A stretch of 63,026 nt of DNA, from the NCBI GenBank assembly GCA_036310685.1, contig JAXJRI010000213.1, positions 1-63,026 on the forward strand, written 5' to 3'. Every line of letters starts with the position of its first letter. The stretch's first letter is position 1. This document shows positions 17,308 through 26,859 of the stretch, piece by piece. This DNA is from Lachnospiraceae bacterium. GTDB taxonomy: Bacteria; Bacillota; Clostridia; Lachnospirales; Lachnospiraceae. Position numbers and translations under genes: made by a program. The notes beneath the pieces are model-generated. The model had not been told where the DNA came from, ran no database searches, and was given only the letters and a program-made list of their open reading frames with translations.

Positions 17308-18075
17308 ATGGGGGAGAAAAAGAAGAAGCAGCATAAAGCGGCAGAAGGTTTAGAGGAGCAGAAGAAGGCTTTTAAGGAGAAGCTGAAAGAGGCAAGAAGA
17401 ACCGTCATGCTCAGACAGCTGACAGATGAGACTGTTCAGTCGATGATTCAGACGGAGACCAAGCCTTTTCAGCTGCTGATGGCATACTATAGATGTGCCA
17501 TGATGGAGATTGAGACCAAATTTAAAGTGTTGAATGAAGAATTTTCTTTAGATTATGACCGTAATCCAATCTCCTCAATTAAAACCAGACTGAAGACACC
17601 GAATTCTATCATTGAGAAGATGCACCGGAAGGGGATTCCTTATTCGGTAGAGAATATTGAGAAGAACCTGTTCGATATTGCGGGAGTCCGAGTAATCTGC
17701 TCTTTTCGCGATGACATATACTTCCTGGCTGACTGTCTGCTGGCTCAGGATGATGTAAACCTGGTTGAGAGAAAGGATTACATGAAGAATCCTAAGGAGA
17801 ATGGCTATCGAAGCCTTCATCTGATTGTGGAGATTCCAATCTTTCTGAAGGATCACAAGAAGATGATGAAAGTGGAGGTTCAGTTTAGGACGATTGCCAT
17901 GGACTTCTGGGCAAGTCTGGAACATCAGATCAAATATAAGAAAGATATTTCAGGATTAGATGTGGATATGATTACCCAGGAACTCAGGGAATGTGCAGAA
18001 GACAGTGCCAAGCTTGATGAGCGTATGATGCATATCAAGAATACGATAGCTAAGGCGCAGGAGAAGAGGGAGTAA
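17308..18075 (+). CDS. Small alarmone synthetase (RelA/SpoT-domain GTP pyrophosphokinase, YjbM/YwaC-like)
   Basis: RLK.P.SI.EK, DIAGVRV, KDY..NPK.NGYRSLH, EVQFRTIAMDFWASLEH. Confidence 0.92.
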   Translation: MGEKKKKQHKAAEGLEEQKKAFKEKLKEARRTVMLRQLTDETVQSMIQTETKPFQLLMAYYRCAMMEIETKFKVLNEEFSLDYDRNPISSIKTRLKTPNSIIEKMHRKGIPYSVENIEKNLFDIAGVRVICSFRDDIYFLADCLLAQDDVNLVERKDYMKNPKENGYRSLHLIVEIPIFLKDHKKMMKVEVQFRTIAMDFWASLEHQIKYKKDISGLDVDMITQELRECAEDSAKLDERMMHIKNTIAKAQEKRE

Positions 18076-18107
18076 TCGAGAAGCTTAAGATACAGGAGTG
18101 AGAGAAG

Positions 18108-18803
18108 ATGGGGAAAAACTTAGATGATATTCCAGCAAAGGTGCTCAGTCGGCTTTCCCAGGTTGACATGTTCCGAGCCGTGACTAAGGAAGAATTCCAT
18201 GAGATTAAGGAGCATGTTAAGTGGAACCAGAAGAGCTACAAGAAGGGGGAGATCATCTTTTATGCCGGTGACGAGACTGATTATATGGGAATCGTCACGG
18301 AGGGCAGTGTAAATATTGAGAATAACGATCTTTGGGGCAATCGCAGCATCATTGGACATGTGGAAGAGGGAGAGATTTTTGGTGAGACCTATGCCCTGCT
18401 AGCCAATGAACCGATGATGGTAGATGTGATCGCTTCGGAAAAAAGTCAGATTCTCTTCATTAATCTCAGAGCATTAATTTCCAGCGATAATGATAAGTTC
18501 AGCTGGCAGGCCAAGGTGAAGAATAATCTGCTGATTGCAGCGGTCAACAAGAACAGAGTACTCTCAAATCGTATTTTCCAGACTTCACCAAAGACAATCC
18601 GAGGAAAAGTTTCTGTCTTCCTGACAAATATCTCAATTCAGAAGAAGAGTAGAAATTTTGACATCCCATTCGACCGTCAGGAGTTGGCGGATTATCTGAA
18701 TGTAGATCGGTCAGCACTCTCTAAGGAACTTGGAAAAATGAAGAGAGAAGGACTTCTGGATTTCTCAAAGAATCACTTTAAGATTAAAGATCTAAGTGAA
18801 TAA
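18108..18803 (+). CDS. Crp/Fnr-family transcriptional regulator
   Basis: cNMP-binding-like domain (YKKGE.I...G, G.IFGE) plus HTH RQELADYL.VDRSALS.EL. Confidence 0.92.
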   Translation: MGKNLDDIPAKVLSRLSQVDMFRAVTKEEFHEIKEHVKWNQKSYKKGEIIFYAGDETDYMGIVTEGSVNIENNDLWGNRSIIGHVEEGEIFGETYALLANEPMMVDVIASEKSQILFINLRALISSDNDKFSWQAKVKNNLLIAAVNKNRVLSNRIFQTSPKTIRGKVSVFLTNISIQKKSRNFDIPFDRQELADYLNVDRSALSKELGKMKREGLLDFSKNHFKIKDLSE

Positions 18804-18911
18804 GCGGATTAGAACAAATCATAAAGAGCAGATAAAGATATTGGGGAAGAGAACCACGATATCGATATCTGCTCTAATTGTTATTCTGATATAGGAGATG
18901 AATACAGTGTC

Positions 18912-18944
18912 AAAAAAAAGAAGTGACAAATTATCACTTCTTCT
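18912..18944 (-). terminator. Terminator of the tRNA operon
   Basis: On - strand: agaagtga-taatttg-tcacttct followed by a long T run. Confidence 0.8.
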
Positions 18945-18947
18945 GAG

Positions 18948-19019
18948 TAGTCGATAGCGGAATCGAACCGCTGTTTTCGCCGTGAGAGGGCGACGTCTTA
19001 GCCTCTTGACCAATCGACC
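18948..19019 (-). tRNA. tRNA-Glu (anticodon CTC), copy 3
   Basis: GGTCGAT...ATCGACT-A acceptor stem; anticodon arm TCGCC-CTCTCAC-GGCGA; T-loop GGTTCGATTCC; no encoded CCA. Confidence 0.96.
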
Positions 19020-19058
19020 ATAACTGTCACTGCTGTGACCGGATATATTGTTGTAAAA

Positions 19059-19130
19059 TAGTCGATAGCGGAATCGAACCGCTGTTTTCGCCGTGAGAGG
19101 GCGACGTCTTAGCCTCTTGACCAATCGACC
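19059..19130 (-). tRNA. tRNA-Glu (anticodon CTC), copy 2
   Basis: Identical 72-nt cloverleaf. Confidence 0.96.
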
Positions 19131-19170
19131 ATGATTGTCACTATCGTGACTGGGTATATAAATTGTAAAG

Positions 19171-19242
19171 TAGTCGATAGCGGAATCGAACCGCTGTTTT
19201 CGCCGTGAGAGGGCGACGTCTTAGCCTCTTGACCAATCGACC
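19171..19242 (-). tRNA. tRNA-Glu (anticodon CTC), copy 1
   Basis: Identical 72-nt cloverleaf. Confidence 0.96.
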
Positions 19243-19273
19243 ATATCTCGTGCCGCGTTTTTGCGACTTGGTT

Positions 19274-19302
19274 AATATACCACAGACTAAAAGAAGATGC
19301 AA
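19274..19302 (-). promoter_or_regulatory. Sigma-A promoter of the tRNA operon
   Basis: On - strand TTGCAT-17 nt-TATATT with extended TG and an AT-rich upstream tract. Confidence 0.75.
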
Positions 19303-19397
19303 GAGTTTTTTTGAAAAATTTTTGAACTGCATTAATATTAGACATTTTTATGTAAGATATCTATTAGCGAGAAATGTCAAGAAAGAGTACGTGCATA

Positions 19398-19426
19398 TTG
19401 AAAAATTAGTTGGGATAAACTATAAT
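19398..19426 (+). promoter_or_regulatory. Sigma-A promoter for miaB-mutSL-miaA
   Basis: TTGAAA-17 nt-TATAAT. Confidence 0.75.
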
Positions 19427-19509
19427 GATAAACACTTGTGGCCTTTTGGGGAGGCCTTTTGTATTGTCGTCATCATTTGAAATAGATATTTAGATAGGAG
19501 ATTATATAT

Positions 19510-20961
19510 ATGAATAAGAAAGATCCGGTAATGCTTGCGGCACCTGTCGAGGAGCCAGCAAGACAGGAGTACTTTATTGAAAAGTGCCGTCAGTTAGTGG
19601 CTCACCGTGCCAAGATGATTGGCCGTCCGCTGACTTTCCACGATCAGACTTTCGGATGCCAGATGAATTTTAAGGATTCTGAGAAGTTGAATGGAATCTT
19701 AGAGAAGATTGGCTATGTCAGAAATGAGTCCGAGGACTCAGATTTTGTCTATTATAATACTTGCACGGTAAGAGAGAATGCTAACATTCGTGTTTATGGT
19801 CGTCTGGGAACGCTGAAGAATTACAAGAAGCATAACCCAGATATGATTATTGCTATGTGCGGATGCATGATGCAGGAGAAGGAGGAAGTCGAGAAGGTAC
19901 GCAAGAACTTTAAGTTTGTCGATGTCGTGTTCGGAACCCATAACATTTACAAGCTGGCAGAGCTCTTATATGAGACATTAAGCTCCAAACAGCGTATTTT
20001 TGACGTATGGGAGAAAGCGACAGAGATTATCGAGGATCTTCCAAGTGACCGTAAGTATAAGTTCAAGGCAGGAGTCAATATCATGTATGGCTGCAACAAC
20101 TTCTGTACTTACTGTATCGTCCCTTATGTCCGTGGACGTGAGAGAAGCAGAAAGCCTGAGGATATCATCCGTGAGATCGAGGGCCTTGTAGCGGACGGGG
20201 TTATTGAGGTTATGCTTTTAGGACAGAATGTCAACTCCTATGGAAAAGGACTGGATGAGGAGATTACATTTGCTCAGTTGCTGCAGAGAATTGAGAAGAT
20301 CGATGGTTTAGAGAGAATTCGTTTTATGACTTCTCATCCGAAAGACCTGTCTGATGATCTGATTGATGTTATGGCTCATTCTAAGAAGATCTGCCGTCAT
20401 CTTCATCTGCCAGTACAGTCTGGAAGCAGCCGACTACTTGAGAAAATGAACCGCCATTACACCAAGGAGTCTTATCTGGAGTTAGTAAGAAAGTTAAGAG
20501 AGGCAATGCCGGATCTTGCCATTACGACGGATATTATTGTTGGATTCCCTGGGGAGACAGATGAGGATATTGAGGATACCATCGATGTGATTCGCAAGGC
20601 CAAGTACGATTCCGCATTTACTTTTATCTATTCTAAAAGATCAGGAACTCCAGCAGCTAAGATAGTGGATGATACCCCAGACGAGGTCATTCACCAGCGA
20701 TTCGACCGTGTTCTGGCTGCAGTCAATGAAGTGGCAAGAGCCAAGAACATGCATCTTAAGGGGTCTACAGAGCTCGTGCTTGCGGAGGAGATCAATGAGA
20801 AAGATCCAGCTTTAATCACAGGAAGGCTTTCCAACAATGATGTTGTCCATTTCCGCGCACCAAAGAGCGTGATTGGAAAGATTGTTCCAGTCAAGTTAGA
20901 GGAGGCAAAGGGATTCTATTATCTAGGAACCCTGGCACAGGAGGCTGAGAAGGATGCCTAA
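19510..20961 (+). CDS. miaB: tRNA-2-methylthio-N6-isopentenyladenosine synthase
   Basis: TFGCQMN..DSE, NTC.VRE.A, GCNNFCTYCIVPYVRGRE, LLGQNVN, TDIIVGFPGET. Confidence 0.96.
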   Translation: MNKKDPVMLAAPVEEPARQEYFIEKCRQLVAHRAKMIGRPLTFHDQTFGCQMNFKDSEKLNGILEKIGYVRNESEDSDFVYYNTCTVRENANIRVYGRLGTLKNYKKHNPDMIIAMCGCMMQEKEEVEKVRKNFKFVDVVFGTHNIYKLAELLYETLSSKQRIFDVWEKATEIIEDLPSDRKYKFKAGVNIMYGCNNFCTYCIVPYVRGRERSRKPEDIIREIEGLVADGVIEVMLLGQNVNSYGKGLDEEITFAQLLQRIEKIDGLERIRFMTSHPKDLSDDLIDVMAHSKKICRHLHLPVQSGSSRLLEKMNRHYTKESYLELVRKLREAMPDLAITTDIIVGFPGETDEDIEDTIDVIRKAKYDSAFTFIYSKRSGTPAAKIVDDTPDEVIHQRFDRVLAAVNEVARAKNMHLKGSTELVLAEEINEKDPALITGRLSNNDVVHFRAPKSVIGKIVPVKLEEAKGFYYLGTLAQEAEKDA

Positions 20962-23683
20962 GAAGAAATCTAAATTGACACCGATGTTAGAGCAGTACTT
21001 TGCCATCAAAAAAGAATATGAGGATTGTATCCTGTTCTATCGACTCGGAGATTTCTATGAGATGTTTTATGACGATGCGTTAAAGGCGTCCAAAGAACTG
21101 GAACTGACCCTGACTGGAAAAAATGTCGGTAAGGAGGAGAGGGCCCCTATGTGCGGAGTTCCATTTCACTCCTGTGATCCTTACATTAATAAGCTGGTGG
21201 AGAAGGGGTACCGTGTTGCCATCTGTGAGCAGGTAGAGGATCCCAAGGCAGCCAAAGGGTTGGTTAAGAGAGATGTCATCCGAGTGGTGACTCCGGGAAC
21301 CAACACTTCCATTCAGAATCTGGACGAGGCCAAGAATAACTATATCATGAGTATCTTCTGCGAGGATGACCTCTTCGGAGTCGGAGTCTGCGACCTCTCC
21401 ACCGGAGAGTTTAGAACGACTCAGGTGAAATATCTGGATACTCTCTTTGATGAGATTGTGAAGTTTGAGCCGGCAGAAATCATCTGCAACGATGCTTTCA
21501 TGATTTCTGGGATAGATTTTGATTATATCAAGAATAAGATTGGCGCCGCAATCACCCCAGTGGAAAGCTATTATTTTGAGACGGACCACTGTCAGCAGAT
21601 GATCAGGGACCAGTATCATCTTCTGAATCTAGAGGGCTTAGGGCTGGAAGATTATCCTTTTGGCGTGATTGCCAGCGGAGCTCTTCTGCAATATCTTCAT
21701 GAGACACAGAAGAACAGCCTCTCTCACCTTATGGAGCTGGTATCGTACTCGACCGAGAGCTTTATGGTATTAGGCAGTGCAACCCGCCGCAACTTAGAGC
21801 TCACGGAAACGATGAGAGAGAAGACTAAAAGGGGAAGTCTCCTCTGGGTCTTAGACAAGACCAAGACAGCGATGGGAGGCAGAATGCTCCGAAGCATCAT
21901 TGAGCAGCCACTGATTCAGAAGACAGCGATCAATGACCGCCTAGACTGTGTGGAAGCGTTAAAAGATCATGTTATGGCAAGGGAAGAGATGAGAGAGTAC
22001 ATGAACTCCATCTACGATCTGGAGCGCCTTACCATGCGTATCAGCTATCGATCTGCCAATCCGAGAGACCTGATCTCCTTCAAGACATCAATCCAGTATC
22101 TTCCTTACATTAAGGATATCCTGTCTCAGTTTGGCAAGGGAGTGCTCGCCAAGATGGGCGAGGATTTGGATACGCTTCAAGATCTTTATGAACTTTTGGA
22201 TCAGTCCATCGAGGAGGATCCACCGATTCCGATTAAGGAAGGCGGCATCATCAAGGAAGGCTTCAACGAGGAGGTTGACCATCTAAAAAAGGCCCGAACA
22301 GAAGGCAAGACCTGGCTTGCTGACATGGAAAATGAAGAGCGGGAAAAAACTGGTATTAAAAATTTAAGAATTCGCTATAATAAGGTGTTTGGATATTTTA
22401 TTGAGGTTACCAACTCTTATAAAGATCTGGTCCCTCAGCGCTATGCTAGAAGACAGACATTAGCCAATGCGGAGCGTTACACGACCGATGAGTTAGAGAA
22501 GCTGGCTCATGAGATTCTGGGAGCGGAAGATAAGCTAAACGCCCTGGAATATGATCTCTTTGTGGAGATTCGGGAGCATTTGGCTTCTGTGATCGATCGA
22601 ATTCAGAAGACAGCACAGGTGATTGCCTGGGCAGATGTCTTCTCATCTTTAGCACTGGTTGCAGAGCAGAATCAGTATGTGAGACCGAAACTCAATAAGC
22701 GAGGCGTGATTGAGATTAAAGACGGACGTCATCCAGTTGTGGAAAAAATGATGTCGGAAGGTCTTTTTGTTGCCAATGACACTTATCTGGACCACAAGAA
22801 GAATCAGGTAGCCATTATCACAGGTCCTAACATGGCAGGTAAGTCTACTTATATGAGACAAACCGCCCTGATTACTCTGATGGCTCAGATTGGTTCCTTT
22901 GTTCCGGCAAGCCAGGCAAATATCGGAATTGTCGATCGAATCTTTACCCGTGTGGGTGCTTCCGATGATCTGGGCAGCGGGCAATCTACCTTTATGGTCG
23001 AGATGAGTGAGGTGGCGAATATCCTGAGACACGCGACCAAGAATAGTCTGCTCATCTTGGATGAGATCGGAAGAGGAACCTCGACTTTCGACGGTCTGTC
23101 CATCGCCTGGGCTGTGGTGGAATATATCACCAAGTCTAATCTGGCGGGGGCCAAGACTTTATTTGCTACTCATTATCATGAGCTGACAGAACTTGAGGGC
23201 AAACTTCCGGGCGTTAACAATTACTGTATTGCCGTCCAGGAGAAAGATGATGAGATCATTTTCCTTAGAAAGATTATCAGCGGAAGTGCGGACAAGAGTT
23301 ACGGCATTCAGGTTGCCAAGCTGGCAGGCGTTCCAGATCCTGTAATCGAGCGTGCGAAAGAGATTGCGACAGAGCTGGAGGCCAGTGATATCACAGGAAC
23401 AGGACGCCAGGTTCTGCAGAATCAGCCGGAGGCTGTACAGCTGTCTCTCTTTGATTATGGTATGAGAGGTGGGGCAGCCAGTCTGACTGGAAGTGATGCC
23501 AGAATTGGGAATAAGAAAGAAGAGAAGAATCAGAAATCCAGTGAGGATCCTTCTGGAAAAGATCAGTCATCCACTGCAGCAATAAGTCAGGTGGAGGAGG
23601 AGCTGAAGTCTCTTGATCTTGGAAATCTGACCCCAATTCAGGCACTGAACGAGTTATATGAATTACAGAAGAAATGTAGATAA
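20954..23683 (+). CDS. mutS: DNA mismatch repair protein MutS
   Basis: TPM..QY, GDFYEMF, TGPNMAGKSTY, STFMVEM, DEIGRGTS, SYGI.VA; clamp motif QLSLF. Confidence 0.97.
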   Translation: MPKKKSKLTPMLEQYFAIKKEYEDCILFYRLGDFYEMFYDDALKASKELELTLTGKNVGKEERAPMCGVPFHSCDPYINKLVEKGYRVAICEQVEDPKAAKGLVKRDVIRVVTPGTNTSIQNLDEAKNNYIMSIFCEDDLFGVGVCDLSTGEFRTTQVKYLDTLFDEIVKFEPAEIICNDAFMISGIDFDYIKNKIGAAITPVESYYFETDHCQQMIRDQYHLLNLEGLGLEDYPFGVIASGALLQYLHETQKNSLSHLMELVSYSTESFMVLGSATRRNLELTETMREKTKRGSLLWVLDKTKTAMGGRMLRSIIEQPLIQKTAINDRLDCVEALKDHVMAREEMREYMNSIYDLERLTMRISYRSANPRDLISFKTSIQYLPYIKDILSQFGKGVLAKMGEDLDTLQDLYELLDQSIEEDPPIPIKEGGIIKEGFNEEVDHLKKARTEGKTWLADMENEEREKTGIKNLRIRYNKVFGYFIEVTNSYKDLVPQRYARRQTLANAERYTTDELEKLAHEILGAEDKLNALEYDLFVEIREHLASVIDRIQKTAQVIAWADVFSSLALVAEQNQYVRPKLNKRGVIEIKDGRHPVVEKMMSEGLFVANDTYLDHKKNQVAIITGPNMAGKSTYMRQTALITLMAQIGSFVPASQANIGIVDRIFTRVGASDDLGSGQSTFMVEMSEVANILRHATKNSLLILDEIGRGTSTFDGLSIAWAVVEYITKSNLAGAKTLFATHYHELTELEGKLPGVNNYCIAVQEKDDEIIFLRKIISGSADKSYGIQVAKLAGVPDPVIERAKEIATELEASDITGTGRQVLQNQPEAVQLSLFDYGMRGGAASLTGSDARIGNKKEEKNQKSSEDPSGKDQSSTAAISQVEEELKSLDLGNLTPIQALNELYELQKKCR

Positions 23684-23714
23684 ATGACAGAGGAGTAGAT
23701 ACGAGGAGGAGAGA

Positions 23715-25874
23715 ATGGCAGAGATTCAAGTTCTGGATAAAAATACAATTGATCAGATCGCGGCCGGGGAGGTTGTAGAGCGTCCTGCCTCCATCGTGAA
23801 GGAATTGGTGGAGAATGCGATTGATGCCCAGTCGACTGCGGTCACTGTGGAGATCAAGGGAGGGGGCATTGATTTCATTCGAATCACCGACAATGGTTCT
23901 GGAATCGAGAAAGATCAGGTGCGGAAAGCATTTATGCGTCATGCAACCAGTAAGATCAAGTCTGCGGATGACCTGCTGACGGTCTCCTCCCTCGGCTTCC
24001 GTGGGGAGGCTCTCTCGAGTATCGCTGCGGTTGCCAAAGTGGAACTGATTTCCAAGACAGATCTGGGGATATCCGGTGTCCGCTATGTCATTGAGGGCGG
24101 GGAGGAGCAGTCCATGGAAGAGTTAGGCTGCCCAGAGGGAACTACCTTCGTGGTAAGAAACCTTTTTTACAATACCCCTGCCCGGAGGAAGTTTTTAAAA
24201 TCCAAGATGACGGAAGCCGGCTATGTGGAGAATTTTATGCAGAGACTGGCCATAAGCCATCCTGACATCTCCTTCAAGTTTATCAATGACGGAAAGAATA
24301 AGATTGCTACAGCGGGCAACGGAAGACTGAAAGATGTCATCTACAACATTTTTGGAAGAGATATCGCCAAAAACCTTCTGGAGGTGAATCACACCGAAAG
24401 CGGAGTTGCCGTCAAAGGTTATATCGGAAAGCCGGCCATATCCCGAGGCAACCGAAATTATGAGAATTATTTTGTCAATGGAAGATATCTGAAGAATACC
24501 ATCATCACCAAGGCCATTGAGGAGGGCTATAAGGGACATGCTATGGTTCACAAGTTCCCATTCTCAGTCCTGATGATTACGATGGACCCTCATCTCGTCG
24601 ATGTCAATGTGCACCCTGCCAAGATGGAGATGCGTTTCCAGAATGGGGAGGAGCTCTACATGGCTCTTGTCAATGCGGTTCGAGGGGCATTTGTCAAAAA
24701 GGACCTCATCCCACAAGTGGGAATCGGCAAGGAGAAGCGAAGCAAGCAGAAGGTTGCTTCAATCCCAGAGCCATTTGAGAAGAAACGTCGAAAGATTGAG
24801 GAGCATTTCGCCAATCTTCCAAAGGAGAAGATCGCTGAATTAGAGCGAAGAAAAGCGGAGGATACTTCTCAGGATTCTGAGGAGGAGAAAGAGACGAAGG
24901 CATCTGCCAAGGAGATGATTGAGGAGCGCTTAAAGCGATTAGGCTTAGGCCAAAAGCCTGCGGGGAAGAATGTTGCTGATATTGATCAGGCGATTCCTCA
25001 TGAGGGGAGGCAGGCGCCTGCTGCAGTTTACCAAGCAGGACATCATGAAGATGGGAAAGCAGCTGCAGTTCATGAGCCAGGAGACTACGAAGCGAAGAGA
25101 ACTCCATCTGCAGTTCACGAGCCAGAAGACTACGAAGCGAAGAGAACTCTGTCTGCAGTTCACGAGCCAGATCGATATGGGAAGCATGGAAGCCAGAACA
25201 TGGCCTCCGATGAGAAGACAGAGACTGAGAAAGCTCTGGTGATTAGCGGCACCCAAGTGACCATGAAGGATGTTCCACTTCTTAGTGAGGCAGCGAAGTC
25301 CAGATATCATATCGTCGGACAAGTTTTTAAAACCTACTGGGTTGTGGAATTTGAGGATAAGATGTACTTTGTTGATCAGCATGCCGCCCATGAGAAGGTC
25401 ATGTATGAGAAGTTTAAGAAAGACCTTGAGAATCGGTCAATCGACCAGCAGATGGTGGCTCCGCCTGTTATTCTGACGCTTACCATCAAGGAGCGGGAGA
25501 AGCTTGAGAGATATATGGAGGCTTTTGGGCGTCTTGGCTATCAGATTGAGGAATTCGGCGGTGATTCTTATGCCATCCGTGCGGTTCCGGCCAACCTTTT
25601 GGATATGGATCAGCAGGATCTTTTTGTGGAGATTCTGGATGAATCGATGGAAAGTGCCGGACACATGAATCTTGATGTGCTGACGGACCGGCTGGCTACC
25701 ATGGCCTGCAAGGCAGCGGTTAAGGGCAACACTAAGCTATCCATACAGGAGATGGAGGCACTGATGGAACAGCTGATGACCTTGGAGAATCCTTATCAGT
25801 GCCCACATGGACGTCCGACAATTATTGAGATGACCAAGTACGAATTAGAGAAGAAGTTTAAGCGAGTGCAGTAA
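23715..25874 (+). CDS. mutL: DNA mismatch repair endonuclease MutL
   Basis: IAAGEVVERP, HATSK, GFRGEAL, DVNVHP.K; endonuclease motifs DQHAAHEKVMYE, ACK, CPHGRP. Confidence 0.97.
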   Translation: MAEIQVLDKNTIDQIAAGEVVERPASIVKELVENAIDAQSTAVTVEIKGGGIDFIRITDNGSGIEKDQVRKAFMRHATSKIKSADDLLTVSSLGFRGEALSSIAAVAKVELISKTDLGISGVRYVIEGGEEQSMEELGCPEGTTFVVRNLFYNTPARRKFLKSKMTEAGYVENFMQRLAISHPDISFKFINDGKNKIATAGNGRLKDVIYNIFGRDIAKNLLEVNHTESGVAVKGYIGKPAISRGNRNYENYFVNGRYLKNTIITKAIEEGYKGHAMVHKFPFSVLMITMDPHLVDVNVHPAKMEMRFQNGEELYMALVNAVRGAFVKKDLIPQVGIGKEKRSKQKVASIPEPFEKKRRKIEEHFANLPKEKIAELERRKAEDTSQDSEEEKETKASAKEMIEERLKRLGLGQKPAGKNVADIDQAIPHEGRQAPAAVYQAGHHEDGKAAAVHEPGDYEAKRTPSAVHEPEDYEAKRTLSAVHEPDRYGKHGSQNMASDEKTETEKALVISGTQVTMKDVPLLSEAAKSRYHIVGQVFKTYWVVEFEDKMYFVDQHAAHEKVMYEKFKKDLENRSIDQQMVAPPVILTLTIKEREKLERYMEAFGRLGYQIEEFGGDSYAIRAVPANLLDMDQQDLFVEILDESMESAGHMNLDVLTDRLATMACKAAVKGNTKLSIQEMEALMEQLMTLENPYQCPHGRPTIIEMTKYELEKKFKRVQ
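25021..25171 (+). repeat. In-frame 45-bp minisatellite in the mutL linker
   Basis: ctgcagtt unit starts at 25021, 25063, 25108 and 25153; encodes AVHEP[GE]DYEAKRT[PL]S. Confidence 0.9.
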
Positions 25875-25875
25875 G

Positions 25876-26847
25876 ATGAGTGAGACAAAGAATATTATGA
25901 ATAAGAAACCACCGCTGGTAATCCTGACAGGGCCTACTGCGGTTGGCAAGACGGATTTGTCCATCGCTTTGGCTAAGAAGATTGACGGCCAGATTATCAG
26001 TGCGGATTCCATGCAGGTTTATCAGGATATGTCAATTGGAACTGCCAAGATTACTCCAGAGGAGATGGATGGGGTGAGGCATTATCTAGTGGATGAGATT
26101 CCACCGGAGACAACCTTCAACGTGGTAGAATTCCAGAGAAGAGCCAAAGAAGCGATCCAGGATATCTACCGACAGGGGAAGATACCGATTGTTGTCGGGG
26201 GAACTGGCTTCTACATTCAGGCACTCCTCTATGACATTGATTTTGCTCCGCATGAGGAGAAGGAAGAGTACCGGGAATATCTGACTCAGTTGGGTCAGGA
26301 GAGGGGAAAGGAATATCTCCACGATCAGCTTATGAAAGTTGACCCTGGGTATGCCGCCTCTGTTCACAGTAATAATGTCAAGCGAGTCATCCGTGCTCTG
26401 GAATATTATCATGAGACAGGAGAGAAACTTTCTGCCCACAATGAGGAAGAGAGACAGAAGGTGTCGGATTATAACTTCGCTTATCTCGTTCTGACCCATG
26501 ACCGGGAGGTCCTCTATGACAGGATTAACCGGAGAGTAGACCTCATGATGAAGGAAGGACTTCTTACGGAAGTGACCAGGTTAAAGGAGCGGGGGCTGAC
26601 CAGAGATATGACCTCCATGCAGGCAATTGGATACCGAGAGTTTGTCGATTATTTTGATGGAAATCGGTCTCTTGATGATACCGTAGAACTGATTAAGCAG
26701 GATACCAGACATTTTGCCAAGCGGCAGCTAACCTGGTTCCGCAGGGAGAAGGATGTTATCTGGCTTTCGAAGAAAGATCATCCTAAGACAGAAGACCTTC
26801 TGGAATTCATCTTGGGAATATTAAAAGAGAGAGCAATCATCGGATAG
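25876..26847 (+). CDS. miaA: tRNA dimethylallyltransferase
   Basis: GPTAVGKT, IISADSMQVY, IGTAK, VGGTGFY, AKRQLTWFR. Confidence 0.96.
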   Translation: MSETKNIMNKKPPLVILTGPTAVGKTDLSIALAKKIDGQIISADSMQVYQDMSIGTAKITPEEMDGVRHYLVDEIPPETTFNVVEFQRRAKEAIQDIYRQGKIPIVVGGTGFYIQALLYDIDFAPHEEKEEYREYLTQLGQERGKEYLHDQLMKVDPGYAASVHSNNVKRVIRALEYYHETGEKLSAHNEEERQKVSDYNFAYLVLTHDREVLYDRINRRVDLMMKEGLLTEVTRLKERGLTRDMTSMQAIGYREFVDYFDGNRSLDDTVELIKQDTRHFAKRQLTWFRREKDVIWLSKKDHPKTEDLLEFILGILKERAIIG

Positions 26848-26859
26848 GAAGGAACAATT

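Noticed and set aside
18825..18875. Imperfect hairpin agagcagata...tatctgctct after the Crp/Fnr gene
   Set aside because: Single copy between convergent transcripts; most simply a 3' end structure.
18948..19242. Repeat-spacer-repeat pattern resembling a CRISPR array
   Set aside because: The 72-nt repeats fold as tRNA-Glu, the spacers are homologous to each other, and no cas genes are present.
18819..19480. ORFs with repeated VKRLRRRPLTAKTAVRFRYRL peptides
   Set aside because: They are translations of the tRNA genes and their promoter.
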